This document shows positions 24,371 to 35,687 of a DNA stretch of 64,000 bases, one piece after another. Where the stretch lies: contig OY970320.1 in NCBI GenBank assembly GCA_963716745.1, positions 2,016,001-2,080,000 of the forward strand, in the 5' to 3' direction. The position numbers and the translations under genes are program-made. Within the stretch, counting starts at the first letter, position 1; every line of letters begins with the position of its first letter. The notes beneath the pieces are model-generated. The model saw only the letters and a program-made list of their open reading frames with translations, had not been told where the DNA came from and searched no databases. Source of the stretch: an uncultured Gemmatimonadaceae bacterium. GTDB lineage: Bacteria; Gemmatimonadota; Gemmatimonadetes; Gemmatimonadales; Gemmatimonadaceae.

Positions 24371-24963
24371 GGTGGTGGAAGCGGCCGCTCGACGTGACCG
24401 CCTCCTTCGTGGGGCTGGTGCTATTGTCGCCCATGTTCGTGTTGATCGCGCTGCTGATCAAGCTCGAAGGGGATGGGCCGGTGTTCTTCCGGCAGGAGCG
24501 CGTGGGCCGGACCGGCCGGTCGTTCCGGATCTGGAAGTTCCGCACGATGCGGGCGGACGCAGAGCGGCTGGGCGGACTGTTGACCGTCGGCGACGACCCC
24601 CGGATCACTGAGGTGGGACAGGCCCTGCGACGGTACAAGCTCGACGAGCTGCCGCAGCTGCTGAACGTGCTGGTGGGCGAGATGAGCCTCGTGGGGCCAC
24701 GGCCCGAGGTCGCCCGCTACGTGGCGCTCTACACGGCCGACCAGCGCCGGGTGCTCGAACTTGTGCCCGGCATCACCGATCCCGCGTCTATAGCTTATCG
24801 GGATGAGGCGGCCGTTCTGGCCGGCCATTCGGATGCCGAGACGGCCTATGTGAACGAGGTGATGCCGGCGAAGATCCGGCTCAATCTCGACTACGCCGCC
24901 CGGGCGACATTGGGCTCCGACGTGCTGCTCATTCTCCAAACGATCGCCCACCTTGGCCGCTAG
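24367..24963 (+). CDS. Initiating sugar (phosphoglycosyl) transferase
   Basis: KRPLD, FRQERVG, KFRTM, KLDELPQLLNVLVGEMSLVGPRP. Confidence 0.95.
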   Translation: MRWWKRPLDVTASFVGLVLLSPMFVLIALLIKLEGDGPVFFRQERVGRTGRSFRIWKFRTMRADAERLGGLLTVGDDPRITEVGQALRRYKLDELPQLLNVLVGEMSLVGPRPEVARYVALYTADQRRVLELVPGITDPASIAYRDEAAVLAGHSDAETAYVNEVMPAKIRLNLDYAARATLGSDVLLILQTIAHLGR

Positions 24964-24990
24964 AGAGTGCGGCGGGTATCTTAGTTCGCC

Positions 24991-25677
24991 ATGCCACCCG
25001 GACACATGAACCGATTCGCTCCGATCGCCCTGCTGATCCTCAGTGCATGCGCTTCGTCGCCATCCTCGGCGCCGGAGAATGCCCCAATGCCGCCGCCGAC
25101 GCCCGCGACGATCGCGAAGCAGGACTCCCTCGCGGGGCAATGGCTCGACGAGCTGAAGCCGGGCGATGTGCTCCGCGTCGTGGTGTGGCGGCGGCCGGAG
25201 TACTCGGGTGATATCCTTGTAGGACCGAACGGCGTGCTGATGCACCCGCTGTACCAGACCGTTCGCGTCGTGGACCTTCCCCCCGATTCCGTGCGGGCGA
25301 ACGTCGGGGCGTTCCTGTCCAAGTACGAGATGAACCCGCAATTCTTCGTGGAGCCGCTCTTTCGCGTGCTGGTCACCGGCGAGGTGCGGACCGGTGGCTT
25401 GCTGAGCGTGCCGCAGACGACGACTCTGCCGCAGGCGGTCGCGCTGGCTGGCGGTCCGACCATCGATGCGGACATTACCAATGTTAAGTTACTCCGGGGA
25501 CACATCGTGACAGTGTTCGACCTTGCGAACCTCGGGTTGGTGCTCGATACGCTCCACGTACAGTCAGGAGATCAAGTCGTCGTCGGGAAGAAATTCAACT
25601 TCTTGCGGGACTATGCCGGCCCGATCGCGTCGCTCGTCACAATGTTCATCTCCATCGGCTACTTCACCCGCCGCTGA
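24991..25677 (+). CDS. Polysaccharide export lipoprotein (Wza-like, SLBB domain)
   Basis: Lipobox LSAC, LKPGDVL, VTGEV..G, ALAGGPT; directly upstream of wzc. Confidence 0.8.
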   Translation: MPPGHMNRFAPIALLILSACASSPSSAPENAPMPPPTPATIAKQDSLAGQWLDELKPGDVLRVVVWRRPEYSGDILVGPNGVLMHPLYQTVRVVDLPPDSVRANVGAFLSKYEMNPQFFVEPLFRVLVTGEVRTGGLLSVPQTTTLPQAVALAGGPTIDADITNVKLLRGHIVTVFDLANLGLVLDTLHVQSGDQVVVGKKFNFLRDYAGPIASLVTMFISIGYFTRR

Positions 25678-25680
25678 CGC

Positions 25681-28131
25681 ATGTCCGAACTCCTTCCGCC
25701 TCCCAAGGAAAACGGTTCCGGCAATCTGCCGGACCAGATGCAGGCATGGCGCTCGCTGCAAGGCGAGGGCGAGCCCGAACTCGAGCAGGTGGATTTCAAG
25801 GAACTGCTCGCGACGGTCAGGCGCCGGTGGAAGCTCGTGTTACTCGTCACGCTCGCCTCGGTAGGCGCCGCCTGGTATCTCGCCATGTCGGAGCCGGCAC
25901 ATTTCCAGGCGATGGCCACGATCCGGCTGGCCGACACACGCCGGCAAATGACGAATGGGATCGACCAGACACAGACGGTCTACGGCGGCATCGCGATGTT
26001 CGCCGACCCGATCCTTTCGCAGATCCAGGTGTTGGACAGCCGGGCCGTCGCCATGGAAGTCGTCAAGCAGCATCCGCTCGGCCTACGCGTGATCCCGGTC
26101 GGAATCGGCGCGAAGTCACTGGATGACGTTTCGGTCATTTCGGAACCGATCGCCGATACGATCCATCTCGCGATCAAGGGCGGCATCGTGACGGCGACCG
26201 CCGGCGCGGCGAGAGTGCGCGCGCCGCTCGACTCATTGATCACGATCGGGGGCATCGCGTTCAGCGTGAAGTCCGACCCGCGATCCGAGAACCCGATGCT
26301 CGTGACCACATCGTTGACCAACGCAGCCAACGCCCTCTCGGCGGCCCTGACCCCACGCCAGCGGAAGGCGACCGATGTGATCGACGTGCTCTATGTTTCC
26401 GAGGATCCGTACCAGGCGCAGCAGGTCGTGAACGCGGCGGTGAACGTCTTCCGCGATGTGAACGCCCAGACGGCGCAGGCAGAATCGCGCCGCCGCCGGG
26501 AGTTCCTCGGAGAGCAGGTGAACCACAGCGACTCGTTGCTCCGGGAAGCTGCCGACCAGCTCAGCGCGTTCCGGAGTCGCGAGCACCTGTATGGCAGCAG
26601 CGACCAGATCACTGCGCAGCAAGGACAATTGCTCGCGCAAGAGGAGAAACGACAGGACATGGCGGCCGACCGCGATGTCCTCAACAAACTTCTCGCGACG
26701 ATCCAGCACTCGCGTGACAGCTCGCGCACGCAAGCATTGCGGGCGATCGCATCGTCGCCAAGCATCGCCTCGAATCCGATCATTTCTGGATTGTACTCAC
26801 AGTTGATGGATCTGGAATTGACGCGCGATTCGCTCACATCCGGTGAATGGGGGGCTGCGCCCACGAACCCCGACGTGCAGCGGACGAACTTGATGATCCA
26901 CGTGACCGAGGAGCACCTCGTGAACGCGGTGCAGAGCAATGTCGTGGCACTCAACGAGCGGATCGGCGCACTGGACCAGCAGCGGTCGCAGAATACGGGC
27001 TTGCTCGACGCGATGCCGGCGAAGCAGGCGTCGGAGGCGCGCCTGTCGATGCACGTCGAGACGATTAAGCGCATGACCGATCAGTTGCGCGACGACTACC
27101 AGCGGGCGAGTGTGAGCGAGGCGGTGGAAGCGGGACAAGTGGAGATCGTGGACCTCGCGATCCGGCCTACCAAGCCCATCGGTGCCCGGCTGCGCACCAA
27201 GCTCGGACTCGGATTGATCCTCGGCCTGTTCTTCGGCGCCGGCGCCGCGTTCATCGTAGAGCGGCTGAACACGGCCATTCGCCGCCGTGAAGAGATCGAG
27301 CGCTTGCTGCATGTGCCGGGGCTCGGCATCATCCCGCAGATCATGCCCAACCGCGTCGTGCGTGGGCACCTGAAGTTCGCGGGACTGAACCTGCCGTTCC
27401 CGCAGTCGCGCAAATCGGTGCGCCGGGGCATGGGCGACAGTGCCGCACTTGTGACGTCGCAGAACATGCGCTCCACGAGCGCTGAGGCGTTCCGCACACT
27501 GCGCACCAATTTGATCTTCTCGCAGGCGGTGCAATCGCTTCGCACGATCGTGATCACGAGCCCGTCGCCACAGGACGGAAAGACCACGACGGCGACGAAC
27601 CTCGCGGTGACGTTCGCTCAGCAGGGATTGAGAGTGCTGCTCGCGGACTGCGATCTCCGCCGCGGCCGGCTGCACAATGTGTTCCGCGTGCCGCGCGAGC
27701 CGGGGATGACGCAGTACCTAGCGGGCCAGAACACTTTCTCGGAAGTCGTGCGCGATTCGACGGTGGAACGCCTGTCGTTCATCCCCGCGGGAACGTTCCC
27801 GCCGAACCCGTCGGAACTGCTGGGGAGTGCACGCACGCGGGACCTGATGGCGCAGCTCTCCAGCCAGTACGACATCGTGATCCTCGACACGCCGCCGGTG
27901 CACGTCGCGGGCGATGCGCTCATCCTCGGCACGATCGCGGACGGCGTGATCCTGGTGCTGCGCGCTGGGAACACCGAGCGCGGGGCCGCGCAGCATGCGA
28001 TGCTGCGTCTCACGAACGTCGGCGCGCGAGTGGTCGGTGCGGTGTTGAACGATCCCGACCACAAGGTCCCACAGTACGGCGGCTATTACTACTACGACTA
28101 TTACTATGGGGACGAGCCCCAGAAGGCGTGA
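25681..28131 (+). CDS. wzc: Polysaccharide co-polymerase/BY-kinase
   Basis: Two TM helices flanking a coiled-coil; EAFRTLRTNL, SPSPQDGKTT, DCDLRR, DTPP, C-terminal Tyr cluster YGGYYYYDYYYG. Confidence 0.93.
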   Translation: MSELLPPPKENGSGNLPDQMQAWRSLQGEGEPELEQVDFKELLATVRRRWKLVLLVTLASVGAAWYLAMSEPAHFQAMATIRLADTRRQMTNGIDQTQTVYGGIAMFADPILSQIQVLDSRAVAMEVVKQHPLGLRVIPVGIGAKSLDDVSVISEPIADTIHLAIKGGIVTATAGAARVRAPLDSLITIGGIAFSVKSDPRSENPMLVTTSLTNAANALSAALTPRQRKATDVIDVLYVSEDPYQAQQVVNAAVNVFRDVNAQTAQAESRRRREFLGEQVNHSDSLLREAADQLSAFRSREHLYGSSDQITAQQGQLLAQEEKRQDMAADRDVLNKLLATIQHSRDSSRTQALRAIASSPSIASNPIISGLYSQLMDLELTRDSLTSGEWGAAPTNPDVQRTNLMIHVTEEHLVNAVQSNVVALNERIGALDQQRSQNTGLLDAMPAKQASEARLSMHVETIKRMTDQLRDDYQRASVSEAVEAGQVEIVDLAIRPTKPIGARLRTKLGLGLILGLFFGAGAAFIVERLNTAIRRREEIERLLHVPGLGIIPQIMPNRVVRGHLKFAGLNLPFPQSRKSVRRGMGDSAALVTSQNMRSTSAEAFRTLRTNLIFSQAVQSLRTIVITSPSPQDGKTTTATNLAVTFAQQGLRVLLADCDLRRGRLHNVFRVPREPGMTQYLAGQNTFSEVVRDSTVERLSFIPAGTFPPNPSELLGSARTRDLMAQLSSQYDIVILDTPPVHVAGDALILGTIADGVILVLRAGNTERGAAQHAMLRLTNVGARVVGAVLNDPDHKVPQYGGYYYYDYYYGDEPQKA

Positions 28132-28152
28132 GGTGATCCCAGAAAGCGAGTC

Positions 28153-28809
28153 GTGATCCCCCGCGATTCGAATCTCCTCCGCTCGCTGATCAGCGAGCAC
28201 GTCCGTCGTGCCGTGGCAGAGGGTCGGCTGCGCGGCCGGATCCTCAATATCTCCGCCGGATCGATCGACTATCGCGCGCTCATCGAGGCGCAGCCCGGCA
28301 CGCAGATGATCGCCACCGACTGGTTGCACGCGCCGACGAAGGTCGCCGTCAATGTGTACTGCGACGCGGGCGCGCTGCCGTTCGCCGCCCGATCGTTCGA
28401 CGGGATCCTTTGCACGGAGGTGCTGGAGCACCTCGCTGCGCCCGCGCGGACGCTCGCCGAAGCGATGCGCGTGCTGCGGCCCGGTGGATGGCTGCTGCTC
28501 ACGACGCCGTTCATGTATCACGCGCATCAGCGGCCGTACGACTTCTTCCGCTACACCGTGGCGGGACTCGAAATGCTTCTGAGTGGAGCGGGCTTCGTGG
28601 AGATCGAAATGCGCAGATCAGGGGACTCACTCGCGGTGCTGTTGCACAGTCTCAAGATGCAGCGCTGGCGAGGCACCTCCACGCTGCTCCGTTGGGCGGA
28701 GCGGGCGTACCTCCGGCAACGCGGTGAGATCGCAGTCGGCTCCGAGATCGCACGCGATCCAATGGCGCTCGGATACTGCGCGATGGCACGGTCGCCGAGC
28801 GCGCTCTAG
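28153..28809 (+). CDS. Methyltransferase type 11
   Basis: LPFAARSFDGILCTEVLEH, RVLRPGG, PYDFFRYT. Confidence 0.85.
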   Translation: MIPRDSNLLRSLISEHVRRAVAEGRLRGRILNISAGSIDYRALIEAQPGTQMIATDWLHAPTKVAVNVYCDAGALPFAARSFDGILCTEVLEHLAAPARTLAEAMRVLRPGGWLLLTTPFMYHAHQRPYDFFRYTVAGLEMLLSGAGFVEIEMRRSGDSLAVLLHSLKMQRWRGTSTLLRWAERAYLRQRGEIAVGSEIARDPMALGYCAMARSPSAL

Positions 28810-29109
28810 CGCTCTTCACTTCGCTGCCCTGGGCACTCTGGCCCCTCCTCCTCATCGCAAGCCATTCTACGCCGCCTTCATCAACGATCACTGTAACGGG
28901 GAAGAACGGCGTAAGTTGTAGGGGCGTGAAGATCGGCTCGCTGCGCGTGCCCCGATTTGCAGGCCGCGGCCACCTCACGCAGCACTCTCGTTAGCATTCG
29001 CGAAGAGATCTCGCACTGCTGCTCGACCCGCGGTGTAAGCTCGGAGGAAATCCATGGAGTCTCGTTCGGGTTCGGAGAATGGGATCCTGTCAGTTCGGGT
29101 CGCCGGGGC

Positions 29110-30939
29110 ATGACGAGTGTTCTCGGCATCTCGGCCTATTACCACGACTCCGCCGCGGCACTCATCGTCGACGGCGAGATAGTTGCTGCCGCGCAGGAAG
29201 AGCGATTCACGCGCAAGAAGTTCGACGAGACGTTCCCCGTGCACGCGGTCGCTTACTGCCTGAGAGAGGCGGGGCTTCGGCCATCGGACCTGGATTATGT
29301 GGGCTTTTATGAGAAGCCAATGCTGAAGTTCGACAGGCTGGTCGAGACATTTCTTTCGTTCAGTCCGCGAGGGTACTCATCCTTTGCCAAGGCTGTGCCA
29401 GTTTGGTTGCATACCAAATTGCAGATCCCTCGCGCACTCGATCGTGCCCTGGGTGGGGCGTATACCAAGCGCTTCGTTTTTCCCGAACACCATGAATCAC
29501 ACGCCGCAAGCGCCTTCTACCCTTCGCCATTCAATGAGGCGGCAATTCTCACTCTGGACGGAGTCGGCGAATGGGCGACGACTACGTGCGGATCTGGCCA
29601 AGGGAATCGCATCACGCTCAGTCATGAGATCCGTTTCCCCCACTCTCTCGGATTGCTGTACTCTGCATTCACGTATTACTGTGGATTCCGGGTCAATTCG
29701 GGTGAGTACAAACTCATGGGGCTAGCGCCGTATGGGGAGCCTCGCTTTGAGAACGCGATTAGACGTGAGCTGATAGACATCAAGGAGGACGGCTCCTTTC
29801 GTCTCAATCTCCAATATTTCGACTTTCCGCACGGCCTCCGTATGACGTCCCGAAAGTTCCATGAGCTATTCGGTGGCCCTCCGCGACAGCCGGAGGCGGC
29901 CATAACGGAGCGGGAAATGGACATTGCAGCATCGATCCAGGCGGTGACCGAAGACATCATGCTGAAGTGCGCGCGATACGTGCATCGGACGACCCGGATG
30001 AAGAATCTGTGCCTTGCGGGCGGGGTGGCCCTCAATTGTGTTGGCAATGGTCGCATTCTTCGCGAGGGTCCATTCGATGACATATGGGTTCAGCCCGCCG
30101 CAGGCGACGCCGGTGGCGCACTCGGAGTTGCGTCGCTCATTTGGCATCAATTGCTTGGAATGCCCCGTCGGCCGGCTCTGCCGGATTCTCAAAAAGGATC
30201 TCTGCTGGGCCCTGAATTCGACGATGAGTCCGTTCGCAAGTTCCTGGATGGTATCGGCGCGCACTACAGGTTCTTCGAGGATGATGCCGCACTTTGTGGT
30301 TGTGTCGCGGAGTTGATCGGCGCGGAGCAAGTCGTCGGTTGGGTGCAGGGCCGAATGGAATTCGGTCCGCGCGCCCTCGGTGCGCGAAGCATTCTTGGTG
30401 ATGCGCGCCGCTCAGGAATGCAGTCGCAAATGAACCTGAAGATCAAGTTTCGGGAATCTTTCCGGCCATTCGCCCCGTCGGTGTTGCGAGAGCGCGTGCA
30501 GGATTATTTTGAAACGCCGACAGCGCTGGACAGCGCGTACATGTTGATGGTCGCGAGCGTGCGCGAGGACAAACGGCTTGGATCGGTCGACGGGACCGTT
30601 CGCGGTCTCGAGAAGCTCAAGCAGGCACGCTCTGTGATACCGGCGGTAACGCACGTTGATTTTTCCGCACGGATCCAAACGGTGGATCGCCGGCATGGCC
30701 GCTTTTACGATTTGCTGAAGAATGTAGAGGCGCTGTCGGGGTGCCCGGTGGTGATCAATACGAGCTTCAACGTGCGAGGTGAACCGATCGTTTGCACGCC
30801 GCAGGACGCGTACCGGTGCTTTATGGCCACGAATATCGATGCTCTCGCTGTTGGGCACTTCGTCATGCTAAGGACGGAACAGCCGCAGCTGAGTGCCGAT
30901 GAGGTTCGCCGGTACATCTCTCAATTTGAATTGGACTGA
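29110..30939 (+). CDS. Carbamoyltransferase (NodU/CmcH/SxtI family)
   Basis: LGISAYYHDS, EERFTR, HHESHAASAF, DGVGE, GEYKLMGLA, EFGPRALG, RESFRPFAP, NTSFN. Confidence 0.95.
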   Translation: MTSVLGISAYYHDSAAALIVDGEIVAAAQEERFTRKKFDETFPVHAVAYCLREAGLRPSDLDYVGFYEKPMLKFDRLVETFLSFSPRGYSSFAKAVPVWLHTKLQIPRALDRALGGAYTKRFVFPEHHESHAASAFYPSPFNEAAILTLDGVGEWATTTCGSGQGNRITLSHEIRFPHSLGLLYSAFTYYCGFRVNSGEYKLMGLAPYGEPRFENAIRRELIDIKEDGSFRLNLQYFDFPHGLRMTSRKFHELFGGPPRQPEAAITEREMDIAASIQAVTEDIMLKCARYVHRTTRMKNLCLAGGVALNCVGNGRILREGPFDDIWVQPAAGDAGGALGVASLIWHQLLGMPRRPALPDSQKGSLLGPEFDDESVRKFLDGIGAHYRFFEDDAALCGCVAELIGAEQVVGWVQGRMEFGPRALGARSILGDARRSGMQSQMNLKIKFRESFRPFAPSVLRERVQDYFETPTALDSAYMLMVASVREDKRLGSVDGTVRGLEKLKQARSVIPAVTHVDFSARIQTVDRRHGRFYDLLKNVEALSGCPVVINTSFNVRGEPIVCTPQDAYRCFMATNIDALAVGHFVMLRTEQPQLSADEVRRYISQFELD

Positions 30940-30941
30940 CA

Positions 30942-31361
30942 GTGTCGCTCATACGACTCAACCTGACTCCGTCCGCATTCGAGCTTCGATGGTTTGGGTG
31001 GCTTTGGTTCCCGCTTTTCGTACTCGCGTCCGGCTTTCTCGCGCATAAATGGATCGGGGGCTGGGAAGCTTCTTCCGTCGTCTGGATATTGGGCGCCGTC
31101 ACTGAAGGCGCAATGCTCGCAGCACCACGTTTCGCACGGTCGGTCTATGTCGGCTTGTCCCTAGCCACCTATCCGATCGGCGTTGTGGTGTCGCAGGTGG
31201 TGCTCGTTCTCATGTACTTCCTTGTGATCACGCCAATCGGGCTCATTCTTCGAATTGGAGGACGCGACGTGATGAATCGTCAATTCGAGCGAGACGCAAC
31301 CACGTACTGGCGGGAACGCGCTGGCGAACATCCGCCCTCCGACTATTTCAATCAATCGTGA
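30942..31361 (+). CDS. SxtJ-family membrane protein
   Basis: ELRWFG, YFLVITPIG, TYW, C-terminal YFNQ; position after the carbamoyltransferase. Confidence 0.8.
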   Translation: MSLIRLNLTPSAFELRWFGWLWFPLFVLASGFLAHKWIGGWEASSVVWILGAVTEGAMLAAPRFARSVYVGLSLATYPIGVVVSQVVLVLMYFLVITPIGLILRIGGRDVMNRQFERDATTYWRERAGEHPPSDYFNQS

Positions 31362-31582
31362 GCAGTGAGCCGGCGGACCCGAGGCGCGGCGATGCGCGCG
31401 GTCAGGAGTTCGAGCAGGCCGCTTCCGGGAAACGCATAGGAGTAGTCAGTGACTTCCTCAGGCTTCTGGGCGAGACCAAGAAGTGGTGGCTGGCTCCGAT
31501 CCTCGTGCTCTTCTTGGTTCTGGGACTTGTCGTGGTGTTAGCGAGTACTGGCGCGGCGCCTTTCATATACACGCTCTGGTAG
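31358..31582 (+). CDS. DUF5989/SxtK-like small membrane protein
   Basis: KKWWLAPI...APFIYTLW signature. Confidence 0.85.
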   Translation: MSSEPADPRRGDARGQEFEQAASGKRIGVVSDFLRLLGETKKWWLAPILVLFLVLGLVVVLASTGAAPFIYTLW

Positions 31583-31590
31583 GTCGCACC

Positions 31591-32729
31591 ATGCGCCGGC
31601 GCCGCGTCTTCTTGTTCCTTATTGCTGTCCTTGCGCTCTCGCTTACCGAGGCGGGATTGCACCTGATAGTGAGGCGCCGGGAGAATGTGCAACTCTTGTT
31701 CGGGAGGCCAGGCTACTTCCTGGTACCGATCGATACACCGACTTCAATGCCGAGCATTGCGCGCAAGCCCGGCTCGTACCGCAGGTACGACGCGATGCTC
31801 GGCTGGACTATTGCGGAGAACGGCGCCGACCCGCCGTTGTACTTCTCGGATTTGAACGGGGTACGCGTTACAGAGGCTCAACACGCTGCGAAATTCGTTG
31901 CTACTCGAACCCCTCGGGTCCTTGCAATCGGAGATTCGTTCACGCACGGCGATGAGGTCAGAGCCGAGGATGCGTGGCCCTCGCAGCTGGCGGATCGTCT
32001 CGGCGTGACGGTCGTAAATTATGGGGTCGGAGGTTACGGCATCGACCAAGCCATATTACGCTGGCGTGAGAGCGATGTCTCCGCGTCGATCGTGTTGCTG
32101 GGAGTGATCGCGTCCGACTTGGAACGTGCGACGACGCCCATTTACAATTTCGAGCGCGGCGGCACTAAGAGCAAACCGATGTTCCAGTTCGACTCGCTAT
32201 CGGCCTCGATCGCCAATCAGCCGGCGATTTATGGCACTGAATTGAAGAGAGAATTTCAGCGTGGGGAGGCAAGCAAGTTTCTGCAACTCGATCTGAGTTT
32301 CGACCCGAACATGTTTCACCATACGAGCCTCGACTGGTTGTTCCTTTACCGGGTGCCGAGGTCGGCGCTGGCATGGCGTGCTCACCGTTTGCAGCCGATC
32401 TACCGTACGCCCGGGCCGCGTTTCGAGTATACGATGCGCATCCTTCAGTTCGCGAAGGACCTTGCGATCCAACGCAAGAGTCGATTCGTCGTTGTACTGC
32501 TGGACAACAACAATACGTTCTCGGATCGAGCGGTAGTCAAGGATCCGTGGCAGTTGATGCGCACTTCATTGAGAAAGAGAGGCATCGAGTTCATTGATAC
32601 GACTGGCGAAATGTCGCCATGTACGAATTGTCGCACGCGAGCGTAATTAACGCCAATGGTTTGCACTATACTGTTGAAGCTAACAAGAGAGTAGCAGATA
32701 TCATTGCGATGACATTGGGTGGTGAGTAA
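31591..32729 (+). CDS. SGNH/GDSL hydrolase-like protein (frameshift near 32615)
   Basis: N-terminal TM, IGDSFTHG, NYGVGGYG; the shifted frame gives GLHY..ANKRVA and TAA at 32727-32729. Confidence 0.8.
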
Positions 32730-33258
32730 GACGAGGCTTGAAGGAGCCTCAGTACATGGTGAGCGCATGTGAGTAGTCCCGTTGCTGAACAACGCTGTGG
32801 TCGCCGCTCACAAAGAGAATGGGGTTGTTCAGGCAAGTGAAGGCGCAGGGGCAGGGAGTCGGAGGCAACGAGACCACAGCTATGCTGTCGCCGCTACCTC
32901 CAGCAGCATTTCCTGGCAAGCGGCCCCACCTGCTCCCTCAATGCGTGCCTTCCCGGCGATCGCTTTGAACCATGACCTCTCCACGCCCGGGTTGGGAGGG
33001 TTCGTCAATCTTGAGAGGGCGGCATTCAATTCTCCGATTCCTCTCGCGATGAACCTCCAAAACGAGGCCGGCAACACGATGGCTCCCTGGCGCCTCGACT
33101 CACACTCATCACGCGCCGCGCCTCGGTGTGCCGCCGCGTACGGCCTGAGAGGGCGAATCCGAGCACGGACTGGTCGAGGCCGATACCGAGGTGAACGACC
33201 TGATCATGCGAGAAGCCCTGAATCGACCGACTCGCGTGCACGAATTCGCACGTTCCTA

Positions 33259-34720
33259 GTGCTCTTCAACTCGCTGCAGTTCCTTGTCTTCTTCCCGGTC
33301 GTCACGGCGCTCTATTTCCTCGCGCCGCACCGGATTCGCTGGCTGCTGCTGCTCGTCGCCAGCTGCGTGTTCTACGTCGCGTTCATCCCGAAGTACCTCC
33401 TGATCCTGTTCTTCCTCGATCGTCGTCGACTACTCGGCGGGGATCTGGATCGAGGACGCGCGGGCGCGCGCCGCCGGGCGATGCTCGTCATGAGCATCGT
33501 CGCGAACGTCGGCATGCTCGGCGTTCTTCAAGTACTATCAACTTCGTCGACGCGAATCTCACGGCGCTCTTCGGCACGCTGCACTGCGGCTGGGCGATCC
33601 CGCACCTGGACATCATCCTGCCGATCGGGCTGTCGTTCCACACGTTCCAGTCGATGAGCTACACGATCGAGGTGTATCGCGGCCAGCAGCAGGCCGAGCG
33701 GCACTTCGGGATCTACGCGCTGTACGTGATGTTCTACCCGCAGCTCGTGGCCGGGCCGATCGAGCGGCCGCAGAACCTGCTCCACCAGTTCCGCGAGCCG
33801 CACGCGTTCGACGCCGAGCGCGTCGATCGACGGCCTCGAAGCTGATGCTCGTGGGGCTTCTTCAAGAAGGTGGTGATCGCCGACCGGCTCGCGCTGTATC
33901 GTCGAACGCGGTCTACGACACCCGCAGCAGCAGCACGGGCTGGCGCGCTGATCATCGCGACGTACTTCTTCGCGTTCCAGATCTACTGCGACTTCTCCGG
34001 CTACTCCGACATCGCGATCGGCGCCGCGCAGGTCATGGGCTTCGAGCTGATGGACGAATTTCGACCGGCCCTACTTCGCGACGTCGATCGCCGAGTTCTG
34101 GCGCGCTGGCACATCTCGCTGTCGACGTGGTTCCGCGACTATCTGTACATCCCGCTCGGCGGCAATCGCGTGCGCGGCGCGGCGCTGGTGCTTCAATATC
34201 ATGATCGTCGTTCCTGGTGAGCGGCCTGTGGCACGGTGCGAACTGGACGTTCATCGTGCTGGGGCGCGCTCACGGCGTGCTACTTGATCGCGGGCGTCGC
34301 GACATTCGCGTGGCAGCGAAAATTCTTCGAATCGGCGCCCATGGCGCCGGATCGCTGGAGCCGCGCGCTGGATCAGATGCAATCGTCACATTCCATCTGG
34401 TGCTTGTCGGCTGGGTATTCTTCCGTGCCGCCTCCGTGAGCGACGCCGGATATATCTTCGCGCCATCGCGTTCCAGGACTCGACGTCACCTCGATCGAAG
34501 TCCGATCGTCACGACGGGAGCTATTCGCGCTGGAGCGTAGCGTTCATCGCTCTTCATGGAGTGCGTCCACTTGATCGAGCGGCACGGCGACATGCGCCGT
34601 TTCCTGGATGACAAGCCCGATCGTGGTGCGTTGGGGCATTCTACTACGCGCTGATCCTGCTGATCTGCGAACTTCGGCATGTTCCACAATCCTGCGCAGT
34701 TCATCTACTTCCAGTTCTGA
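33259..34720 (+). CDS. MBOAT O-acyltransferase (AlgI/DltB-like), heavily frameshifted
   Basis: LFNSLQF, LPIGLSFHTFQ, FYPQLVAGPIER, QIYCDFSGYSD, RWHISLSTWFRDY, GLWHGA, FIYFQF end. Confidence 0.9.
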
Positions 34721-34722
34721 TC

Positions 34723-35686
34723 GTGACGCGCGCGGGCCTCCTTTGGCGGTACGGCGCGTCGCCGATTCACCGCGATGCTTGCTGGCTGGGTGCTGGGCGC
34801 TCGCGACGGTATACAATGCGTACGCACGAGAGGATCAGACGATCAAGGTCAATTGGTTGTTCGCGATGCACGGCCGCCGCCTCGATTTCGCGGTGCTCGG
34901 TTCCTCGCGGTCATATCTCACGGTCGACGTGCCCATTGTGGAGCGGGCGATCCAGGGTCACGGGCTCAATCTTTCGATGAATGGTGCCGAGTTCCCGGAG
35001 CTCGCGTTGGTGCTCGACCATTTCCTGCAACGAAACACGACGCGCGAACTACTATTGGAAGTTGACCCGTTCGGACTCGACAGCAAGTCGTTCAGCATAT
35101 CCGTTCCACGCATACTTCTATGTGCCGTATATCGACGAAGCCCCTAGTCGCCGCGCATCTCCGGGCATATTTCGGTCATCGAGAGTTGCTCTGGGAATAC
35201 GCGCCACTGTTCAAGTACGCGGAATTCAATGATCGGATCGGATTGAAGAGCGTGCTCGCGTCGTTCTCCAACGCACCACGTGACTTCGACGCATGGGGCT
35301 CACGTTTGTCCACGGCTACCTGCCCGCGGCAGGCGGGCCACGCGGTTCACGACACCTCTACGCGATCAGCCCGAGCCGCGTTGCTGCCTTCGAGCGACAT
35401 TCTGGAGATCGCGCGCGCCCACAGGGTTCACGTCTCGATCTTCGTCGCTCCCGAGTTTGAGACCGCGGTGCAGGCGACAAGAACGGGGCGAGATCATGAC
35501 GTTACTATCGGGAGGTCGCTGTGCGGACCGGCGCTCGGTTCCTGGATCTCGGCGAACGACGCGTCGCTCTCATTCGGGGATACGCTTTATTTCCGCGACC
35601 CAGAGCACCTGAATCACCATGGTGCGGAGAAATTCTCGAAAGAACTCGGCGATTCGCTCGCGGTGTACTGGACGGAGAAGCGGTAG
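34723..35686 (+). CDS. SGNH-like (DltD/AlgJ-type) partner of the MBOAT, frameshifted
   Basis: VLGSSR, NLSMNG, FRDPEHLN..GA. Confidence 0.65.
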
Positions 35687-35687
35687 T

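Noticed and set aside
29110..32729. Saxitoxin biosynthesis
   Set aside because: Only the widespread sxtI/J/K/L-like module is present; there is no sxtA or sxtG, and the context is a polysaccharide locus.
32782..33258. 159-aa N-terminal extension of the MBOAT protein
   Set aside because: The family-typical start (V/M)LFNS is at 33259; the upstream frame has atypical composition and is probably open by chance.
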